Of a DNA stretch of 64,000 nt, positions 11,371-26,516 are shown in pieces. A program made the translations under genes and the position numbers. The number at the start of each line of letters is the position of its first letter. Positions within the stretch are counted from its first letter, which is position 1. The DNA is taken from assembly GCA_937625935.1 (NCBI GenBank), contig CALMHQ010000001.1, positions 39,802 through 103,801 of the forward strand, given 5' to 3'. This stretch comes from Tetramitus jugosus. Its lineage: Eukaryota > Protista > Heterolobosea. Under the pieces are notes generated by a model, which worked only from the letters and a program-made list of their open reading frames with translations, did not search any database and was not told where the DNA came from.

Positions 11371-13827
11371 GTGTCTTTTATCTTTTCTGCTTGCGCTGCT
11401 TGTTTATCTAATAGAGTTGTATGTTGTGCGTTTCATTTAGTTGGCCTGTGTATGCTTCCTCTTGCCCTTGTTCTTAGACAAGCCATTAAGTAAGCCTCAG
11501 TCGAAGTCAGATGGACAATGCTTCATCACCTTGGTACACTTATCGCTAGTGATCAGAGCAATTTCTGAGCAAGTGTCATAGAGCTGTCCTGCTTGCGCTG
11601 CTTGTTTATTCAATAGTGTTGTATGTTGTGCGTTTGATTAGATTGGTTCAGGCATGGCTTTTGTGCCACAAGTCATGTTGCTTTTAGGCAGACCTACAAA
11701 GGCGCGAGACTAGAGTAGGAGTGCCGTAGCGCCAAGCTGCTTGTGTTGTGTCTTTATTCAATAGTGTTGATATTATGCATTGGATCAGATTGGCGCAGGT
11801 ATGACTTTTGTGCCACAATTGATGTTGGTCTTGGGCACACCTCCAAGGCAGACAGTGTACCATTTTGTGTCGTAGAGCCGAACTGCTTGCGATGCTTGTT
11901 TATTTAATAATGTTGTATGTTGTTAGTTTGATTAGATTGGCGCACATATGCTCCAGTGGTCTGACTTTGCGCCAGTCGCGGCCCTAAAGTTACCAGTGTC
12001 TTTTATCTTTTCTGCTTGCGCTGCTTGTTTATCTAATAGAGTTGTATGTTGTGCGTTTCATTTAGTTGGCCTGTGTATGCTTCCTCTTGCCCTTGTTCTT
12101 AGACAAGCCATTAAGTAAGCCTCAGTCGAAGTCAGATGGACAATGCTTCATCACCTTGGTACACTTATCGCTAGTGATCAGAGCAATTTCTGAGCAAGTG
12201 TCATAGAGCTGTCCTGCTTGCGCTGCTTGTTTATTCAATAGTGTTGTATGTTGTGCGTTTGATTAGATTGGTTCAGGCATGGCTTTTGTGCCACAAGTCA
12301 TGTTGCTTTTAGGCAGACCTACAAAGGCGCGAGACTAGAGTAGGAGTGCCGTAGCGCCAAGCTGCTTGTGTTGTGTCTTTATTCAATAGTGTTGATATTA
12401 TGCATTGGATCAGATTGGCGCAGGTATGACTTTTGTGCCACAATTGATGTTGGTCTTGGGCACACCTCCAAGGCAGACAGTGTACCATTTTGTGTCGTAG
12501 AGCCGAACTGCTTGCGATGCTTGTTTATTTAATAATGTTGTATGTTGTTAGTTTGATTAGATTGGCGCACATATGCTCCAGTGGTCTGACTTTGCGCCAG
12601 TCGCGGCCCTAAAGTTACCAGTGTCTTTTATCTTTTCTGCTTGCGCTGCTTGTTTATCTAATAGAGTTGTATGTTGTGCGTTTCATTTAGTTGGCCTGTG
12701 TATGCTTCCTCTTGCCCTTGTTCTTAGACAAGCCATTAAGTAAGCCTCAGTCGAAGTCAGATGGACAATGCTTCATCACCTTGGTACACTTATCGCTAGT
12801 GATCAGAGCAATTTCTGAGCAAGTGTCATAGAGCTGTCCTGCTTGCGCTGCTTGTTTATTCAATAGTGTTGTATGTTGTGCGTTTGATTAGATTGGTTCA
12901 GGCATGGCTTTTGTGCCACAAGTCATGTTGCTTTTAGGCAGACCTACAAAGGCGCGAGACTAGAGTAGGAGTGCCGTAGCGCCAAGCTGCTTGTGTTGTG
13001 TCTTTATTCAATAGTGTTGATATTATGCATTGGATCAGATTGGCGCAGGTATGACTTTTGTGCCACAATTGATGTTGGTCTTGGGCACACCTCCAAGGCA
13101 GACAGTGTACCATTTTGTGTCGTAGAGCCGAACTGCTTGCGATGCTTGTTTATTTAATAATGTTGTATGTTGTTAGTTTGATTAGATTGGCGCACATATG
13201 CTCCAGTGGTCTGACTTTGCGCCAGTCGCGGCCCTAAAGTTACCAGTGTCTTTTATCTTTTCTGCTTGCGCTGCTTGTTTATCTAATAGAGTTGTATGTT
13301 GTGCGTTTCATTTAGTTGGCCTGTGTATGCTTCCTCTTGCCCTTGTTCTTAGACAAGCCATTAAGTAAGCCTCAGTCGAAGTCAGATGGACAATGCTTCA
13401 TCACCTTGGTACACTTATCGCTAGTGATCAGAGCAATTTCTGAGCAAGTGTCATAGAGCTGTCCTGCTTGCGCTGCTTGTTTATTCAATAGTGTTGTATG
13501 TTGTGCGTTTGATTAGATTGGTTCAGGCATGGCTTTTGTGCCACAAGTCATGTTGCTTTTAGGCAGACCTACAAAGGCGCGAGACTAGAGTAGGAGTGCC
13601 GTAGCGCCAAGCTGCTTGTGTTGTGTCTTTATTCAATAGTGTTGATATTATGCATTGGATCAGATTGGCGCAGGTATGACTTTTGTGCCACAATTGATGT
13701 TGGTCTTGGGCACACCTCCAAGGCAGACAGTGTACCATTTTGTGTCGTAGAGCCGAACTGCTTGCGATGCTTGTTTATTTAATAATGTTGTATGTTGTTA
13801 GTTTGATTAGATTGGCGCACATATGCT
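11371..13827 (+). repeat. 625-bp tandem array downstream of LSU, ~3.9 copies
   Basis: GTGTCTTTTATCTTTTCTGC recurs at 11371, 11996, 12621 and 13246. Confidence 0.97.
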
Positions 13828-13904
13828 CTCTCTTGTCATCGCCCCAAGAGTTTCGACGACAAATGTTCGGTTGTTGGGTGGGAAATCTCATGCCCTAGCT
13901 GTCT

Positions 13905-14372
13905 AAACAGTTTCCCTGTAAAACTAAGGTTATTAACTACCTATATTGTATGTATATACTTTCAATAGAATTCGGTATCAATGCCTCTAATAAAACTCCG
14001 AACTCCGACACTTCTAAAGGAAGCATAACGGAGAAAAAGTGAGAGAATACATAACAATTAATATACAGATAAAATCATGAGCGCGAGCAGAATGATCAAT
14101 CAACACTATGAGGGACAGGGTCGCCCATGTTTAAAGCAGTCTGCCGGGTTCAATCCTGTTCCTCATAGTTGTGTATCATCAATCTGCTCATGCTCGTGAT
14201 TTGTCTATTATGTTACTTGTAATTTCTATTCTCACTTTTTCTTTATTGTGCTTTATCTTTGTTTGTCGGAGTTCGGAGTATTAATAGGGGCATGGTACAA
14301 ACTTTTCATTGGAAATACATACATACAATATACATATTTGATAGCTGTAATTTTTCAGGGAAACTGTTTTGT
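13905..14372. repeat. Imperfect ~470-bp inverted repeat built from two copies of the dispersed 130-bp module (mirrors at ~16330-16797, 58729-59196, 61156-61623)
   Basis: AAACAGTTTCCCTG..CTCCGAACTCCGACA..ACTATGAGGGACAGG / CCTGTTCCTCATAGT..TGTCGGAGTTCGGAG..CAGGGAAACTGTTT. Confidence 0.85.
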
Positions 14373-15243
14373 CACTATATTTATAGCGCGCCCTCTGTCA
14401 TCGCCACCCCCGACCGACAACCATCGCACTCAAAATACTGGGCTTTGAATCTTTCATCGGCTCTCGCTCTGGATAGCTATCACAGTTGTGATGTTTGTGC
14501 TCAAGTGAATTGGTCGTACGAAACACTTTGTGCCACAATGGCTCTCAATTGGGTTGGGATTGGTTGGGTCACACTTTGGCTCTTATTGTTTCACATGAGC
14601 AATCTGCTCGAACACAAATGTCACAACTAAAATATATGCATGGAGCGAGAGCGAATTAATAATATACAACTATGAGGGCCATCGTTGAATTCATCAGAGC
14701 ACGCTGGACACAACAATCCTGTCCCTCACAGTTGAATTTGATTACTCCACTATCGAACATGATTTCTTCTCTAGATCTTATACGACTTCCATGTTTACTT
14801 TTTCTTCATTATGCTTCCTTTAGAAGTGTCGGAGTTCGGAGTATTAATAGGGGCATAGTCAAAGTTCTCCATTGAAACTACATACATACAATATACATAT
14901 TTGATAGCTTTAGTTTTTCAGGGAAACTGTTTTATTACTATATTTGTGGCACGTTTCTGTTGCCGACCACCACCCAACCCTCCATCGCAACTTTTGTGCG
15001 CGAAATATTGAGTTTCAAAGTTTCAATCGGCTCTCGCTCTGTATATCTATTGCTGTTATAATGTTTGTGCTCGAGCAGATCCCATATATGAAACACTTTA
15101 TGTCACAATGTGGCTCACCCAATCCTACTCCAGTCGAGAGCCATTGTGACATAAAGTGTTTCATATATTCAATTCACTTGAGCACGAACCTCACAACTGT
15201 GATAGCTATGTAGAGCGAGAGCCGATTGATAATTCAAAACTCA

Positions 15244-15458
15244 TTATAGTGAGACGACTTTTAACTACATCACTCTCCACCTCTCGACTAACAACTTTTG
15301 CACTCGAAATATTGAGTTTCATAGTTTCAATTGACTTGCGCTCTGCATAGCTATAGTGATTATCATGTGTAAGCACGAGCCAATTGAAAACGTATTTTGC
15401 AACATTTCGAGATGGTTGTGTCTCTCCCCCCAACCAACAACTTTTGCATCCAATATAT
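15244..15458 (+). other. Tail-to-tail junction spacer (215 bp), orientation A, with one 146-bp unit
   Basis: Flanked by inverted arms ending ...GATAATTCAAAACTCA / TGAGTTTTGAATTATC... Confidence 0.93.
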
Positions 15459-16874
15459 TGAGTTTTGAATTATCAATCGGCTCTCGCTCTACATAGCTAT
15501 CACAGTTGTGAGGTTCGTGCTCAAGTGAATTGAATATATGAAACACTTTATGTCACAATGGCTCTCGACTGGAGTAGGATTGGGTGAGCCACATTGTGAC
15601 ATAAAGTGTTTCATATATGGGATCTGCTCGAGCACAAACATTATAACAGCAATAGATATACAGAGCGAGAGCCGATTGAAACTTTGAAACTCAATATTTC
15701 GCGCACAAAAGTTGCGATGGAGGGTTGGGTGGTGGTCGGCAACAGAAACGTGCCACAAATATAGTAATAAAACAGTTTCCCTGAAAAACTAAAGCTATCA
15801 AATATGTATATTGTATGTATGTAGTTTCAATGGAGAACTTTGACTATGCCCCTATTAATACTCCGAACTCCGACACTTCTAAAGGAAGCATAATGAAGAA
15901 AAAGTAAACATGGAAGTCGTATAAGATCTAGAGAAGAAATCATGTTCGATAGTGGAGTAATCAAATTCAACTGTGAGGGACAGGATTGTTGTGTCCAGCG
16001 TGCTCTGATGAATTCAACGATGGCCCTCATAGTTGTATATTATTAATTCGCTCTCGCTCCATGCATATATTTTAGTTGTGACATTTGTGTTCGAGCAGAT
16101 TGCTCATGTGAAACAATAAGAGCCAAAGTGTGACCCAACCAATCCCAACCCAATTGAGAGCCATTGTGGCACAAAGTGTTTCGTACGACCAATTCACTTG
16201 AGCACAAACATCACAACTGTGATAGCTATCCAGAGCGAGAGCCGATGAAAGATTCAAAGCCCAGTATTTTGAGTGCGATGGTTGTCGGTCGGGGGTGGCG
16301 ATGACAGAGGGCGCGCTATAAATATAGTGACAAAACAGTTTCCCTGAAAAATTACAGCTATCAAATATGTATATTGTATGTATGTATTTCCAATGAAAAG
16401 TTTGTACCATGCCCCTATTAATACTCCGAACTCCGACAAACAAAGATAAAGCACAATAAAGAAAAAGTGAGAATAGAAATTACAAGTAACATAATAGACA
16501 AATCACGAGCATGAGCAGATTGATGATACACAACTATGAGGAACAGGATTGAACCCGGCAGACTGCTTTAAACATGGGCGACCCTGTCCCTCATAGTGTT
16601 GATTGATCATTCTGCTCGCGCTCATGATTTTATCTGTATATTAATTGTTATGTATTCTCTCACTTTTTCTCCGTTATGCTTCCTTTAGAAGTGTCGGAGT
16701 TCGGAGTTTTATTAGAGGCATTGATACCGAATTCTATTGAAAGTATATACATACAATATAGGTAGTTAATAACCTTAGTTTTACAGGGAAACTGTTTAGA
16801 CAGCTAGGGCATGAGATTTCCCACCCAACAACCGAACATTTGTCGTCGAAACTCTTGGGGCGATGACAAGAGAG

Positions 16875-19800
16875 AGCATATGTGCGCCAATCTAATCAAA
16901 CTAACAACATACAACATTATTAAATAAACAAGCATCGCAAGCAGTTCGGCTCTACGACACAAAATGGTACACTGTCTGCCTTGGAGGTGTGCCCAAGACC
17001 AACATCAATTGTGGCACAAAAGTCATACCTGCGCCAATCTGATCCAATGCATAATATCAACACTATTGAATAAAGACACAACACAAGCAGCTTGGCGCTA
17101 CGGCACTCCTACTCTAGTCTCGCGCCTTTGTAGGTCTGCCTAAAAGCAACATGACTTGTGGCACAAAAGCCATGCCTGAACCAATCTAATCAAACGCACA
17201 ACATACAACACTATTGAATAAACAAGCAGCGCAAGCAGGACAGCTCTATGACACTTGCTCAGAAATTGCTCTGATCACTAGCGATAAGTGTACCAAGGTG
17301 ATGAAGCATTGTCCATCTGACTTCGACTGAGGCTTACTTAATGGCTTGTCTAAGAACAAGGGCAAGAGGAAGCATACACAGGCCAACTAAATGAAACGCA
17401 CAACATACAACTCTATTAGATAAACAAGCAGCGCAAGCAGAAAAGATAAAAGACACTGGTAACTTTAGGGCCGCGACTGGCGCAAAGTCAGACCACTGGA
17501 GCATATGTGCGCCAATCTAATCAAACTAACAACATACAACATTATTAAATAAACAAGCATCGCAAGCAGTTCGGCTCTACGACACAAAATGGTACACTGT
17601 CTGCCTTGGAGGTGTGCCCAAGACCAACATCAATTGTGGCACAAAAGTCATACCTGCGCCAATCTGATCCAATGCATAATATCAACACTATTGAATAAAG
17701 ACACAACACAAGCAGCTTGGCGCTACGGCACTCCTACTCTAGTCTCGCGCCTTTGTAGGTCTGCCTAAAAGCAACATGACTTGTGGCACAAAAGCCATGC
17801 CTGAACCAATCTAATCAAACGCACAACATACAACACTATTGAATAAACAAGCAGCGCAAGCAGGACAGCTCTATGACACTTGCTCAGAAATTGCTCTGAT
17901 CACTAGCGATAAGTGTACCAAGGTGATGAAGCATTGTCCATCTGACTTCGACTGAGGCTTACTTAATGGCTTGTCTAAGAACAAGGGCAAGAGGAAGCAT
18001 ACACAGGCCAACTAAATGAAACGCACAACATACAACTCTATTAGATAAACAAGCAGCGCAAGCAGAAAAGATAAAAGACACTGGTAACTTTAGGGCCGCG
18101 ACTGGCGCAAAGTCAGACCACTGGAGCATATGTGCGCCAATCTAATCAAACTAACAACATACAACATTATTAAATAAACAAGCATCGCAAGCAGTTCGGC
18201 TCTACGACACAAAATGGTACACTGTCTGCCTTGGAGGTGTGCCCAAGACCAACATCAATTGTGGCACAAAAGTCATACCTGCGCCAATCTGATCCAATGC
18301 ATAATATCAACACTATTGAATAAAGACACAACACAAGCAGCTTGGCGCTACGGCACTCCTACTCTAGTCTCGCGCCTTTGTAGGTCTGCCTAAAAGCAAC
18401 ATGACTTGTGGCACAAAAGCCATGCCTGAACCAATCTAATCAAACGCACAACATACAACACTATTGAATAAACAAGCAGCGCAAGCAGGACAGCTCTATG
18501 ACACTTGCTCAGAAATTGCTCTGATCACTAGCGATAAGTGTACCAAGGTGATGAAGCATTGTCCATCTGACTTCGACTGAGGCTTACTTAATGGCTTGTC
18601 TAAGAACAAGGGCAAGAGGAAGCATACACAGGCCAACTAAATGAAACGCACAACATACAACTCTATTAGATAAACAAGCAGCGCAAGCAGAAAAGATAAA
18701 AGACACTGGTAACTTTAGGGCCGCGACTGGCGCAAAGTCAGACCACTGGAGCATATGTGCGCCAATCTAATCAAACTAACAACATACAACATTATTAAAT
18801 AAACAAGCATCGCAAGCAGTTCGGCTCTACGACACAAAATGGTACACTGTCTGCCTTGGAGGTGTGCCCAAGACCAACATCAATTGTGGCACAAAAGTCA
18901 TACCTGCGCCAATCTGATCCAATGCATAATATCAACACTATTGAATAAAGACACAACACAAGCAGCTTGGCGCTACGGCACTCCTACTCTAGTCTCGCGC
19001 CTTTGTAGGTCTGCCTAAAAGCAACATGACTTGTGGCACAAAAGCCATGCCTGAACCAATCTAATCAAACGCACAACATACAACACTATTGAATAAACAA
19101 GCAGCGCAAGCAGGACAGCTCTATGACACTTGCTCAGAAATTGCTCTGATCACTAGCGATAAGTGTACCAAGGTGATGAAGCATTGTCCATCTGACTTCG
19201 ACTGAGGCTTACTTAATGGCTTGTCTAAGAACAAGGGCAAGAGGAAGCATACACAGGCCAACTAAATGAAACGCACAACATACAACTCTATTAGATAAAC
19301 AAGCAGCGCAAGCAGAAAAGATAAAAGACACTGGTAACTTTAGGGCCGCGACTGGCGCAAAGTCAGACCACTGGAGCATATGTGCGCCAATCTAATCAAA
19401 CTAACAACATACAACATTATTAAATAAACAAGCATCGCAAGCAGTTCGGCTCTACGACACAAAATGGTACACTGTCTGCCTTGGAGGTGTGCCCAAGACC
19501 AACATCAATTGTGGCACAAAAGTCATACCTGCGCCAATCTGATCCAATGCATAATATCAACACTATTGAATAAAGACACAACACAAGCAGCTTGGCGCTA
19601 CGGCACTCCTACTCTAGTCTCGCGCCTTTGTAGGTCTGCCTAAAAGCAACATGACTTGTGGCACAAAAGCCATGCCTGAACCAATCTAATCAAACGCACA
19701 ACATACAACACTATTGAATAAACAAGCAGCGCAAGCAGGACAGCTCTATGACACTTGCTCAGAAATTGCTCTGATCACTAGCGATAAGTGTACCAAGGTG

Positions 19801-21206
19801 ATGAAGCATTGTCCATCTGACTTCGACTGAGGCTTACTTAATGGCTTGTCTAAGAACAAGGGCAAGAGGAAGCATACACAGGCCAACTAAATGAAACGCA
19901 CAACATACAACTCTATTAGATAAACAAGCAGCGCAAGCAGAAAAGATAAAAGACACTGGTAACTTTAGGGCCGCGACTGGCGCAAAGTCAGACCACTGGA
20001 GCATATGTGCGCCAATCTAATCAAACTAACAACATACAACATTATTAAATAAACAAGCATCGCAAGCAGTTCGGCTCTACGACACAAAATGGTACACTGT
20101 CTGCCTTGGAGGTGTGCCCAAGACCAACATCAATTGTGGCACAAAAGTCATACCTGCGCCAATCTGATCCAATGCATAATATCAACACTATTGAATAAAG
20201 ACACAACACAAGCAGCTTGGCGCTACGGCACTCCTACTCTAGTCTCGCGCCTTTGTAGGTCTGCCTAAAAGCAACATGACTTGTGGCACAAAAGCCATGC
20301 CTGAACCAATCTAATCAAACGCACAACATACAACACTATTGAATAAACAAGCAGCGCAAGCAGGACAGCTCTATGACACTTGCTCAGAAATTGCTCTGAT
20401 CACTAGCGATAAGTGTACCAAGGTGATGAAGCATTGTCCATCTGACTTCGACTGAGGCTTACTTAATGGCTTGTCTAAGAACAAGGGCAAGAGGAAGCAT
20501 ACACAGGCCAACTAAATGAAACGCACAACATACAACTCTATTAGATAAACAAGCAGCGCAAGCAGAAAAGATAAAAGACACTGGTAACTTTAGGGCCGCG
20601 ACTGGCGCAAAGTCAGACCACTGGAGCATATGTGCGCCAATCTAATCAAACTAACAACATACAACATTATTAAATAAACAAGCATCGCAAGCAGTTCGGC
20701 TCTACGACACAAAATGGTACACTGTCTGCCTTGGAGGTGTGCCCAAGACCAACATCAATTGTGGCACAAAAGTCATACCTGCGCCAATCTGATCCAATGC
20801 ATAATATCAACACTATTGAATAAAGACACAACACAAGCAGCTTGGCGCTACGGCACTCCTACTCTAGTCTCGCGCCTTTGTAGGTCTGCCTAAAAGCAAC
20901 ATGACTTGTGGCACAAAAGCCATGCCTGAACCAATCTAATCAAACGCACAACATACAACACTATTGAATAAACAAGCAGCGCAAGCAGGACAGCTCTATG
21001 ACACTTGCTCAGAAATTGCTCTGATCACTAGCGATAAGTGTACCAAGGTGATGAAGCATTGTCCATCTGACTTCGACTGAGGCTTACTTAATGGCTTGTC
21101 TAAGAACAAGGGCAAGAGGAAGCATACACAGGCCAACTAAATGAAACGCACAACATACAACTCTATTAGATAAACAAGCAGCGCAAGCAGAAAAGATAAA
21201 AGACAC
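16875..21206 (-). repeat. 625-bp tandem array, ~6.9 copies
   Basis: Reverse complement of the same unit, with three more copies than the first array. Confidence 0.97.
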
Positions 21207-21481
21207 AATTTGAAAAAAAATAATAATAAGAAAAATTTATATAAACTTTTAAAAATAATGGCCCAACCAAGTGGAACACTTTCTATCCAAACCAACAAGG
21301 CGACAAGGAAAGCAGAAGATGAGCCAGAAAGGCCTTGGGCCTCATGTCAGAGTTAGATTGCCCCATCCATTCTGGGCTTGGGCCTCCCTCTCCCTCTTCG
21401 GGTCTTGGGATCCCCCTCTCTCCCTTTACGGGCCTTCCTCTGTTTCACGAAAACGTGATCAAAGGATCACCTTATCCTCCT

Positions 21482-21946
21482 TGGCAAGTCGTGCTCGGCT
21501 CAGTCATTCGGCGATTGAATCACCTTATGATCGTACACCTGCACTTTGCCCAAATACCGCAAGATTGCGATCTTCTTCCCTGGTGGTCTTCCAGAAGAGT
21601 AACTGCTACCACTTGTTTGCATTCGAACTGGCTTCTGACCACAACCCTCGAACGAAGTAAGCACACTCATAGGAATGCACGTACCCCACCCGGTTAGGAA
21701 GTGGTTAAAATTGGCCACAGTGATTAAGCTAGGCTTTGACTTGTATAAATAAAGTCCAACACCAATAATCCAGCGATCCGGAATGACTTCCGCCTTAGAG
21801 GCGTTCAGGCGTTGGTCAAGATGCGTAGACACTCTTCACGATCGTTGCCGATAAAAGGTGAGCCAGAGGCATCATAAGGTGGTTCCTCTCGTACTAAAAC
21901 CTATTACCGCCACGCTGGACCAGACGCTTTCGCGTCAAAAATAAGT

Positions 21947-22001
<55 letters not shown>

Positions 22002-22036
22002 GTTAGTGGGTGAACAATCCAACACTTTGAGAATTC

Positions 22037-22081
<45 letters not shown>

Positions 22082-22694
22082 AACGTCGCTATGAACGCTT
22101 GGCTGCCACAAGCCAGTTATCCCTATGGTAATTTTTCTGACACCTCTAGCTTCGAACTTTGAAGCACTACACGTAAACGTGATGTTCGCTAAAGGATCGC
22201 TAGGACACGCTTTCACGGCTAATACTTGTACTGAAAGTATTTGTCAAGCTGGCTATTGACCTTGTTCGCTACGATAGGTTTCTGACCTATCTGTGCCAAC
22301 CTTTGTACACCTGCGTTAGCTTTTAACAGATGTGCCGCCCCAGCCAAACTCCCCACTTGGTTATGTCCCATATCAATCATAAGCTTACGCATGACCGAAG
22401 CCACGCGCTTCTATACTAGAAGAGTCTTCCATGGGTAAACCCATAGAATACTTCGCTCTTTAATATAGTGAGTGAGATACCAGTAAAAAGCAGTGGTATT
22501 TCATTGTTGAGCAAGCTCTCCCACCTATACTACATCTCTTTCGGTATTCCACAAAACCAAACTAGAGTCAAACTCAACAGGGTCTTCTTTCCCCGCTGAC
22601 TAACCCAAGCCCGTTCCCTTGGCTGTAGGTTCGCTAGACCGTAAATAGGGACAGTAAGAATTTCGTTGTTCCATTCATGCACGTCACAAATTAA

Positions 22695-22744
<50 letters not shown>

Positions 22745-25222
22745 AACCCGTGCTTGATCGAATCTCTTCACTTTGACATCCAGAGCACTGGGCAGAAGTC
22801 ACAAACAGCCACAATCCGTTTTGAACTGTTATCTGTTTGCTTTGTTTTAATTAAACAGTCGAATTCTCCTGGGATCTGTCAGTTCTCGAACAATAGTTTA
22901 TTGTACTCCGCCGGTGTGTCACAGGTTCTCCCGTAACACACTGCTTGACGCCGCCCAAGTACCGGATGCACAGTGTAAAGCTTCTTAACTTTCGGCGAAC
23001 CTACTCATCAATCCGCAATTTCTGCACACCACTCACACGGGGTTAACCGTGCGTGATACCCTTCTTGCGCCACCCGAAGCACCCTATCACAAGAGCCAAC
23101 CTTTATTTCAAAAGTACAAATCCATTTTGCCGACTTCCCTTACTTACATTGTTCTAATTGGTCAGAGGCTTTTAACCTTGGAGACCTGTTGCGGATTCTG
23201 GTACGGTTACAGTTAGAAGAGTCAGATGATAACATTCAATTGGCATTCTATTTACGCTTCGGAGAACTGTACAGCCACAATAATAGTGCCTGCCTTTTCA
23301 GCTCTAATATTTCCCAATCTCTGTTCTACACAATTCATGGGAGATAATAAACCTCCAACACCAACCAAGGTTAGTGCCGTGAGGCCAATCGCTGTTAGGG
23401 AGAAAAGCGGACTCTTCCACAGCCACCGAGACGCTACGCCAACTGAACGAGGCTTTGCAGCTTCATGCTGATGCGAACACCAGCACTCTTCTAACCACAG
23501 TTCAGGAATTTTAGCCTGATTCCCTTTCCTGCCCATCATAGCCGCTCGAAAGCTACTAATAGGAGTTACCCAGACAGTTAGGACCGACTAACCCTTGTCT
23601 GATTTCCATTGACAAGGAAACCTTCTCCACTACGACCTTCAAGATTTAAGCTCTTTATCCAACATTGACGTTGGACCACCTGCTAGATAAAGACACAGAG
23701 TCTCTCCAGAATAGTTGCTACTACTACCAAGATCTGCACTAACGGCCGCTCCACTCATTATCACTAAATAAGCTTCTACGCAACCGTCACGCCTTCCTAC
23801 AAGTCATCACATACAAAATAGTGATAACTGCATGAGAGAAGTATCAACGCTTTGGCGTCATCCATTTTCAGGGCTGCTCCATTCGGCAGGTGAGCTGTTA
23901 CGCACTCCTTAGCGGATTCCAGCTTCCATGGCCACCGTCCTGCTGTCAAAATGAACCAACGCCTTTTATGGTTTCGACTAAGCTTAGATTTAGACACATT
24001 TCTCACTTGCTCACGGTTTAACCCACATTGCCTGTTCTGCTTACCATAACACGGCCCACTAAGAATCAATACTATTGACATGGTTCGATTAAGTAACCAA
24101 TACTTTTTGCATATTTAAAGTTTGAGAATAGGTTAAGGCTTTCCAACCCCAAGGCCTCTAATCATTAGCTTTACCTCACAAAGTTATTCCGATTCTAGCT
24201 ATCCTGAGGGAAATTTCGGAAGGAACCAGCTACCTGATGGTTCGATGAGTCTTTCGCTCCAATACTCAAGTGCGACGAGCGATTTGCACGTCAACATCGT
24301 TACAAGATCCTCCACCAGAGGTTACCCTGGCTTCAATCTGTTCAAGTATAGATCACCATCTTTCGGGTCTTAACATAATAACTAGAACGCAATTCCACGA
24401 CCGAAGTCTACTGGATTGGCCTGTACGTCGCCGAAGCTAATACATTTCACATTCATTACGCATACATGATTTCAAATCACCACTGCTCGCTATTATGTCA
24501 AACTCCTTGGTCCGTGTTTCAAGACGGGCCGGATCCAATGTCCTTTACCAACGATTGCAGGGGCCATTGCTTTCGAACTACTGAGAAGCACCCACTGGCC
24601 TTAGCCGTCTACCCTATCTTAGATAAGGTGTCTGACTTCAGCTTCATAGGTGATTTCCAGCAGTCTTCAGACCGAAGAACCTGCTTTTTTACCGTGCCCA
24701 GAAGACATGGCGTTGGTTGAGTAATCCTTGAGTACATCAGGATAAATCCAGATTGTACAAGACTACAGTCCTAGAACTTGTTGGTTCCGCTTTTTGCTCA
24801 GCGATTTCAGACATTTTTCAGCTCCTTACCAGGAATCTTTTCAACTTTCCCTCTCGGTACTTGTTTGCTATCGGTGTCTTGTATTAATATTTAGCCTTGG
24901 AAGAAGTTCATCTCCCGTATTCAGATTCTACTTTCAAAGAATCCTACTCATGAGAAGATCACCGATCGAAAGCTTATAGAAGCTGACGGGGCTATCACCC
25001 TGTCTCGCCCTCCGAAGAGACGTGTAATTCCAAACACAGACTTTACTTCTATTTGCCTCCAGGCGATCAACTCTTACCCTACAACTCCAAACAATTGTTC
25101 GGATTCAGGGATGGGCTTTTCTCTTTTCGCTCGCCGCTACTAGGAGAATCTCTTTTGATTTCTTTTCCTCCACTTACTAATATGCTTAAATTCAGTGGGT
25201 AACCACTCACAAATGAGGTCAG
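21482..25222 (-). rRNA. 28S (LSU) rRNA, copy 2
   Basis: Reverse complement of copy 1 (mirror coordinates sum to 32577). Confidence 0.96.
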
Positions 25223-25349
25223 AAAAATCAGTATGTATGAAAAATCCGAAGATATCTCTGTACCCAATCCTAAGATTGACGATAGCTGAGGGTTCTTAAA
25301 TCCAAATCAATTGGTTGAAAGACCTCCCAAAGCTAATATGAATGAGATA

Positions 25350-25509
25350 CTGACACTCACAAGCAAGTACCCTTGCTACTCGAAAGCAGCAAGAGTTCCG
25401 TATGCGTTCAAAATCTTGATGATTCACGGGAGTTGCAAGTCACATTAACTGTCACGTTTAACCGCGTTCTTCATCGATACAAGACCCTAGTCATCCATCG
25501 CAAAGCATC
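25350..25509 (-). rRNA. 5.8S rRNA, copy 2
   Basis: Reverse complement of 7068-7227. Confidence 0.93.
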
Positions 25510-25751
25510 CATCCTAGTCGCTGAGTTTCACCAAAGTGACGCATCAGAACGGATTGTTTCTGATACTCCTCAAAACACACACTAGTTGTGAAAAGACATC
25601 GTCACATCGAAATGTGATCGACTTCAATGTCTTTTGTTTTACTCTCCTACCAGTCAAGTCTTAACATTGGACGGAGATTCCAATGTTGACCTTCTGACAA
25701 TGTCAGTGGTTGCATGACAATCCGAAGATTGCCTGGTTGATGCAACCGAAT

Positions 25752-26470
25752 AAATGATCCCTCCGCAGGTTCACCTACGAAGACCTTGTTACGACTTCTC
25801 GTTCCTACAAATAGAGAAATTCAGTTGATTTTCTCGCATTGCTTAGAGCAACGCTGGTCCATCAAATTCATACCTCTATTCAGTCGGTACGAGCGACGGG
25901 CGGTGTGTACAAAAGGCAGGGACGAAGCCAATACGACATGATGAATCATGCTTACTAGGAATTCCTCGTTCACGAGGATTTACAAACCTCGATCCCTGTC
26001 ACATTAATCTTTGATAAGATTTCCCAATCCTTTCGGACCAGGGTTGCATCCCGAAAGATGACTCTACGTTACTTGTTGCTATTAATATTGTAGTACGCGT
26101 GCAGCCCAAGATATCTAAGGGCATCACAGATCTGTTATTGCCTTAAACTTCCTCACCCTGAAGCGGGTGCTGTACCTCTAAGAAGCATCACTGCGAACAG
26201 TGACAGTACAGGTTTCCTGAGGAAATATACATTCCCCCAACGAAACGATGGACAACCGAAGAAGTCCCTGTACCTTAATTAGCAAGTTAAGGTCTCGCTC
26301 GTTAACTGAATTAACAAGACGAATCACTCCACGAACTAAGAACGACCATGCACCACCTTCTGTAAAATCAAGAAAGAACCTTAATCTGTCAATCATATTC
26401 ACATCCTAACTTGGTGAGTTTCCCCGCGTTGAGTCGAATTAAGCCGCATACTCCACTCCTGGTGGTGCCT

Positions 26471-26516
<46 letters not shown>

